From NCBI GenBank assembly GCA_950097015.1, contig CATNEN010000011.1:5704001-5768000 (forward strand): 64,000 nucleotides of DNA. Direction: 5' to 3'. The notes beneath the pieces are model-generated. The model was not told the DNA's origin. It saw nothing but the letters and a program-made list of their open reading frames with translations, and did not search any database. Source of the DNA: Macrostomum hystrix (Eukaryota; Animalia; Platyhelminthes). Position numbers and translations under genes: made by a program. Positions 59,601 through 64,000 of the stretch are shown here, piece by piece. The stretch's first letter is position 1. Every line of letters starts with the position of its first letter.

Positions 59601-62600
59601 ACGTTTTCTAGGTGTTCTAGGGTGTTCTAGAGTATTCTAAAGTGTTCTATGGTGTTATAGGGTGTTCTTATGTGTTCTAATGTGTTCTAGGGTGTTCTAT
59701 GATGCACTATGGTGCTCCATAGCGTGTTCTATGTGTTCCATGCTATTTTCTGAGGTGTTCTACCAGTCCTAATTCTGACAAATTGACTGACTTAAATTGT
59801 CTATAAACATTTTTAATAGTTTGATTACTAAATTATAACAAATGTCGCACGTGAAATCCTGACTTGAGAGTCCCGTTCTGGGCACTGATTCCCTCAGCTA
59901 GCCAGCCGTCCGGACTCCACACCCAGTGCGTGATGATGGGGTACACGATGCCTGCAAATGACGCGGAGGGTGGGTGGGTGAGTTTTAGGGTATACGATGC
60001 CTGCAAATGACACGGAGGGTGGGTGGGTGAGTTTTAGGGTACACGATGCCGTGCGTGGCGCGGAGGGTGGGGTTGGATGAGTTTTAGGGTATACGACGCC
60101 TGCAAAATGTTGCGGAGGGTGGGGTGGGTGAGTTTTAGGGTACACGATGCCTGTGCGTGGCGCGGAGGGTGGGATTGGATGAGTTTTAGGGTACACGATG
60201 CCTGTGCGTGGCGCGGAGGGTGGGGTTGGATGAGTTTTAGGGTACACTGCCTGCAAAATGATGCGGATGGTGGGGTTGGGCGAGTTTTAGGGTACACTGC
60301 CTGCAAAATGATGCGGATGGTGGGGTTGGGCGAGTTTTAGGGTACACGATGCCTGTGCGTGGCGCGGAGGGTGGGGTTGGATGAGTTTTAGGGTACACGA
60401 TGCCTGCAAAATGTTGCGGAGGGTGGGGTGGGTGAGTTTTAAGACAATAATAGAGTCTTATCACGTGACCGCTTGTTAGATTTTCATTTTAATATTTTTC
60501 TTTTTTTTAAGAGAAAGTGTGAAGTGCGAAACATCACTTCTCGCTTCGGCAAACATATGAAACCTTTTTGTCAAGGTTGCAGGTTCCATTGGCTTCCGTG
60601 ATTTGATTTTTTAGCAAAGAAACAGGAAATATACTCAGCAACATAAAAAACCGCCACCCCTAGAGCGAGGGGAACGGTTGATCTCAACTCCACTGCCGCA
60701 AATTACGTAATGTGCACCTGACTGCAAGGAGAGCTACCGTGGGAGAGTGGGGGTGGGTAAAGGGTTATGGCGAAGTTCAAAATGGATGATTTAGCACACT
60801 CAGTCAAAATGCAGCTAACGAGTAACCAGTATTACTCGTTATCTCCAAAATGGTCCGCCACATGACCGATGGTGAACGATGGCGAGCCATAGGCATGCTT
60901 GAGGCCGGAATGTCCATCCGAGCAGCAGCCCGTCAGTTCGGCAGATCACGCTCGACGATTCGCAGCCTTCTGCAGAAGTCCAGAGACACTGGCAGTGTCG
61001 CGCACGCAAGTCGTGGAGTCCAGCGCCGTCATCTGCGCAGCACAGCAAGGGCTGATCGGCGACTGCTGCGAATTGTGAGGGGAAACCCCACCTTACCTGC
61101 CACATTGCTTCGACTCATCTGGGGTGAAAGAAGCAGGCGCGGGAACATCTTGAGTGCCCAAACAATTCGACGGAGAATTTGGGCGGCTGGGCTGCGCTGC
61201 CGGAAGATGCGCAAGCGACCCCGACTGACGCCTGCTCACAGCGCCACACGAGAGCTGTGGGCGATGCAGCGAGTTCACTGGAGGCAGCAGCAAAGGCGAC
61301 GCGTCGTTCTCACTGATGAGAGCCGCTTCCGCCTCTTTCAGGCAGACGGTCGCGTTCGTGTTTGGCGAGAGCCGCGGCAGGAAATGCTCAACTGCAACAG
61401 CACGTTCAAGCCACCGACGGACAGTCAGCCTCGGCGCATGTTTGGGCGGGGATCACGTTGAACGCCAAGACGGAGCTTGTCTTTCTGGTCTCAAATGTAA
61501 CGGCAGACGTCTACGCTAATTTACTGCAAATGCATCTTCTGCCTTTTGTCAATGCTGAATTTGGCGGGGTTCAGAACTGCATTCTCCAGGACGACAACGC
61601 TCCGCCGCACCGAGCTGCCGATGTGGCTCAGCTGAAGGAGTAACTGAACTTGCGAACTCTGCGGTGGCCATCGCGATCACCTGACATGAATCCCATTGAG
61701 CATGTTTGGGATTTCATGAAACGCACCATCCAGCGTCAAATGCCCCCTGCCCCAGAATCTTGCGGAGCTACGCCAGGCGATGACCAATGCATGGCAGCAG
61801 CTACCTCAGAGTTTCTTGCGGCACCTAATTTTGGGCTACTGTCAGGTAGTTTGATTCTCTTTCGTTTCTCTGGTTACGGAGTCGGGGTGGGTGAGCAGAG
61901 TGCATTGCGTCATTCGCGGTTTTTCACCTCTCTCCCAGGTGCACATTGCGTCATTTGTGGTAGTGAGTTGAGATGAATCGTTTTCCTCACTCTAGGGTGG
62001 CGGTTTTTAATGTTGCTGAGTGTATATCAGAAATTTACTTTCTAAATTATTTGCAATTATTAGACTCTATAATATAGTATTAGTGGTTGTAGCCTAGCAG
62101 TTTGTGCGTCGGACTAATAACTTGATGGTCGGCGGTTCGATTCCCGACTCAACTGAAACGATTTTTGTCCTTTAGCAAGACATTGCCTCAGTTGCTTCAG
62201 TTCGCACAGCTGGTAAATGAGTAACTGCTGGGATAATTGAGGGTGGGTGTAGTGGCCCCCCCAGTCCATGGACTGAACAACCGTACGCAGCCTTCAGATG
62301 CGCCGGTCAATAGCTGCGGCTGTGCTGTCGGCTGCACATCTGGCCCAATTGGGGCAGGTGTAATAAATTATTAGAAAAAATTAAATAAAACTGTTCATTG
62401 GTCGAATACTAGAAAAATAACAGCATTTATCTTCAATGAAAAGTCCAAATATCCACTCACACACAGAGAGAAGAGAGAAATTAGAGAACAAACGCTATAG
62501 CCCTGCATGCCCTTGCCAAGCAGTGAACACTAGCTCCAGCCACAGACTGGTTTCCACCAGTTCTCTAACAAGCCCCACCCCCACCCCTGTGCGCATCGCC

Positions 62601-64000
62601 CCTTGCATTGTTAGTTCTGCTAGAGTACGCGATGCAGAGGGACGCAAGTGCATGCAGTAGTTTGGCTTGGCTTAGTTTAATATGACTGAATTCTGTTCAA
62701 AAATAGCATGACACGGCCATCGTGCACACTGAACAGAACTTACAGAAGATTTTTATAATGTATTTCTACAATCTTCTTCATCTGCTGGTGCACTTATAGC
62801 TAGAATAAGTTTAATATTTAGTTTTGTAAGGCCATTTTAAGGTTAAGAAAACAGGTGCACTCCATGACGCTTAGTGACGCTGCTGTGACGTTATTTTCCA
62901 TAATTGGCTATTCGCTAATTCGCATGATTTGAAGTTTGAATTTTTGAAATGACACCGTGTTCGAAAATATATTGTTTACCGTTTAATCTACTGCTTTGTC
63001 TAGTTTATTACCGCAAAATCACTAATGATATTGGTTTTCAACTTCTATTTCAAACTAAGTAACTTCAATTTCGTCCGTGAGACCGGCCTGTTTGAAATTA
63101 GCAGTTGAAAAAACCAATAATTGCAGGAGGGCTGCGGACAATGACACAACGACTTTGGTGACACTAGACCCGCAGCCAGCGAGGAGGCAATTCTGCCTAT
63201 TCCTCTGACTCCTGAGCACACACGCACACAGATACTGTACGCTGGTACACGCTCGCACAGGTGTGTACATCTGCCCTGACTTTCTCATCGTCAGTCAGTA
63301 TACACTCTCACTGTGCCTTGGAGGTTGGCCCTCAAGGGCGTGAATTGCACGACAAGCCCCCAAGCCTTCTCTCCGTCGCTGCGCCCCAAATAAATGTGGT
63401 CTCGCCGCGGAATCGACATCTTGACCTTGGCGCGAGAGGCAAACGCGTTAACCATTCTGACACTAACCCCTTGTTTACTGCTTAAGCCTGCTGTAAAATA
63501 ATACAATATATGGTGACATTGTTGTCGAGCGACGTCATGTCAATCTAGGTCAGGAATTCGAATATTTTGTTTTGCTGGTCTTGATTTTATTTTTTTAATT
63601 TTCGAAAGAAAATTATTTGAGCAGCAGCTCGGCGCACCTGTAATGATGACCGAGTAGATCAGGTAGGCCACGAAGTTGCACCGTTCGGCCAGCGCACCAG
63701 ACACTATAGTGGCAGCGCTAGCCGCGAATGTGTATTCAAAGAACCACTGCGCCAGCTTGCCGTCGGGCATGTCGATGAGGAACCAGTTGGCGGTGCCGCA
63801 GAACCGGTTCGCCGGCTCTCCGTAGGCCAGTGCCCAGCCGACCGCATAGTAGGCGATGCCACCGAGGAATGCGTCTAGCACATTCTTGATTAGAATATTG
63901 CTGACGCCTTTCGACCTGACCGAGCCGGCTTCCAGGAAGGCAAAGCCGGCCTGCATGAAGTACACGAGCAGGCCCATCGAGCTCAGAAAGAAGACGTCAA
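56641..64000 (-). CDS. AMT: Amt-family ammonium transporter; 5' end lies right of the window
   Basis: Exons >64000-63638, 59951-59851, 59531-59209, 58534-58134, 57564-57493 and a tentative last exon 56807-56641; phases consistent. Motifs: FMQAGFAFLEAG, KNVLD, SGALAER, YPIITHWVW..GWL, DFAGSGVVH, GPR, GHSVP, FNGGS, NGSLAG, DDP..VH, GVDFMKHGEPAYP. Confidence 0.95.
56871..57178 (+). mobile_element. Composite of a family-A tRNA head (56871-56948) and a family-B body (56964-57178)
   Basis: The head matches 62085 onward (GCGTCGGACT..GTTCGATTCC.GACTC); the body matches 55760 onward. Confidence 0.7.
57640..58020. repeat. Intronic minisatellite, 18-bp unit TGGATTCACGGGTTTTTA
   Basis: Lies in Amt intron 58133-57565. 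Confidence 0.9.
58678..59050. repeat. Diverged ~14-15-bp minisatellite (AGGGATTATCATC..)
   Basis: Lies in Amt intron 59208-58535. Confidence 0.75.
59560..59765. repeat. Diverged 10-bp minisatellite (GTGTTCTAGG)
   Basis: Lies in Amt intron 59850-59532. Confidence 0.75.
59935..60440 (-). repeat. 49-52-bp tandem array containing copies of the Amt splice acceptor and first exon bases
   Basis: The unit on the minus strand contains TTTGCAG|GCATCGTGTACCC, identical to the real junction at 59951. Confidence 0.92.
60632..62022 (+). mobile_element. Tc1-family (DD34E) transposon with a disrupted transposase, antisense in an Amt intron
   Basis: Imperfect ~90-bp TIRs ((C/T)ACTCAGCAAC..AACCGCCACCC.TAGAG..) and TA on both flanks. 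Transposase from 60850 has an HTH, TDESRF, QDDNAPPH and WPSRSPDMNPIE with 34 residues between D and E. Frameshifts near 61390 and 61745; in-frame TAA at 61641-61643. Confidence 0.95.
62085..62372 (+). mobile_element. Full-length tRNA-derived SINE, family A
   Basis: A box TAGCCTAGCAG, B box GGTTCGATTCCC, central CCTTTAGCAAGACA..GCTTCAGTTCGCACAGCTGGTAAATGAGTA and AT-rich tail. Confidence 0.85.
63115..63470 (-). mobile_element. Full-length tRNA-derived SINE, family B
   Basis: Minus-strand head GGGGTTAGTGTCAGAATGGTTAACGCGTTTGCCTCTCGCGCCAAGGTC..GTCGATTCC; body matches 55729-56083. Confidence 0.85.

Noticed and set aside
59980-60440. TTTTAGGG motifs as interstitial telomere repeats
   Set aside because: Single motifs inside a 50-bp unit rather than tandem telomeric repeats.
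62085-62160. tRNA genes at the A/B-box sequences (also 22645-22719, 55729-55800, 63400-63470)
   Set aside because: Stems are imperfect and each continues into a shared repeat body with an AT-rich tail, as expected for SINE heads.

Overview
Eukaryotic, intron-rich genomic DNA with GT-AG introns and no prokaryotic features. Tiny 74-95 bp introns alternate with introns inflated by unrelated minisatellites, and exons are Ala/Gln/Gly-rich; this suggests an invertebrate, possibly a Macrostomum-like flatworm (inference only). Exon chains rebuilt by hand with consistent intron phases give seven genes: a kinesin-3 of KIF16B/STARD9 type (-, runs off the left edge), a synaptotagmin-14/16-like gene (+, head-to-head with the kinesin), LACTB (+), a PIM-family kinase (-), a PLEKHG1/2/3-like DH-PH RhoGEF (+), a divergent multi-pass membrane protein with wolframin-like motifs (-), and an Amt ammonium transporter (-, runs off the right edge). 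Two further coiled-coil/polyQ exons are of uncertain linkage. About 27 kb (~40%) is tandem repeat from some 30 different units. Mobile elements include a degenerate DD34E Tc1, an Ac-like hAT deletion derivative with a perfect 8-bp TSD, a Charlie-like hAT end, and two tRNA-derived SINE families. The strongest hunt signals are: (1) a minisatellite amplified from the Amt splice acceptor itself, giving 8 out-of-frame decoy 3' splice sites; (2) other intronic arrays built from splice-signal or CCAAT motifs; (3) a 1301-bp intron made almost wholly of (AACC)n with no pyrimidine tract; (4) the wolframin-like protein. Reference motifs quoted from other species are recalled from memory and need database confirmation.
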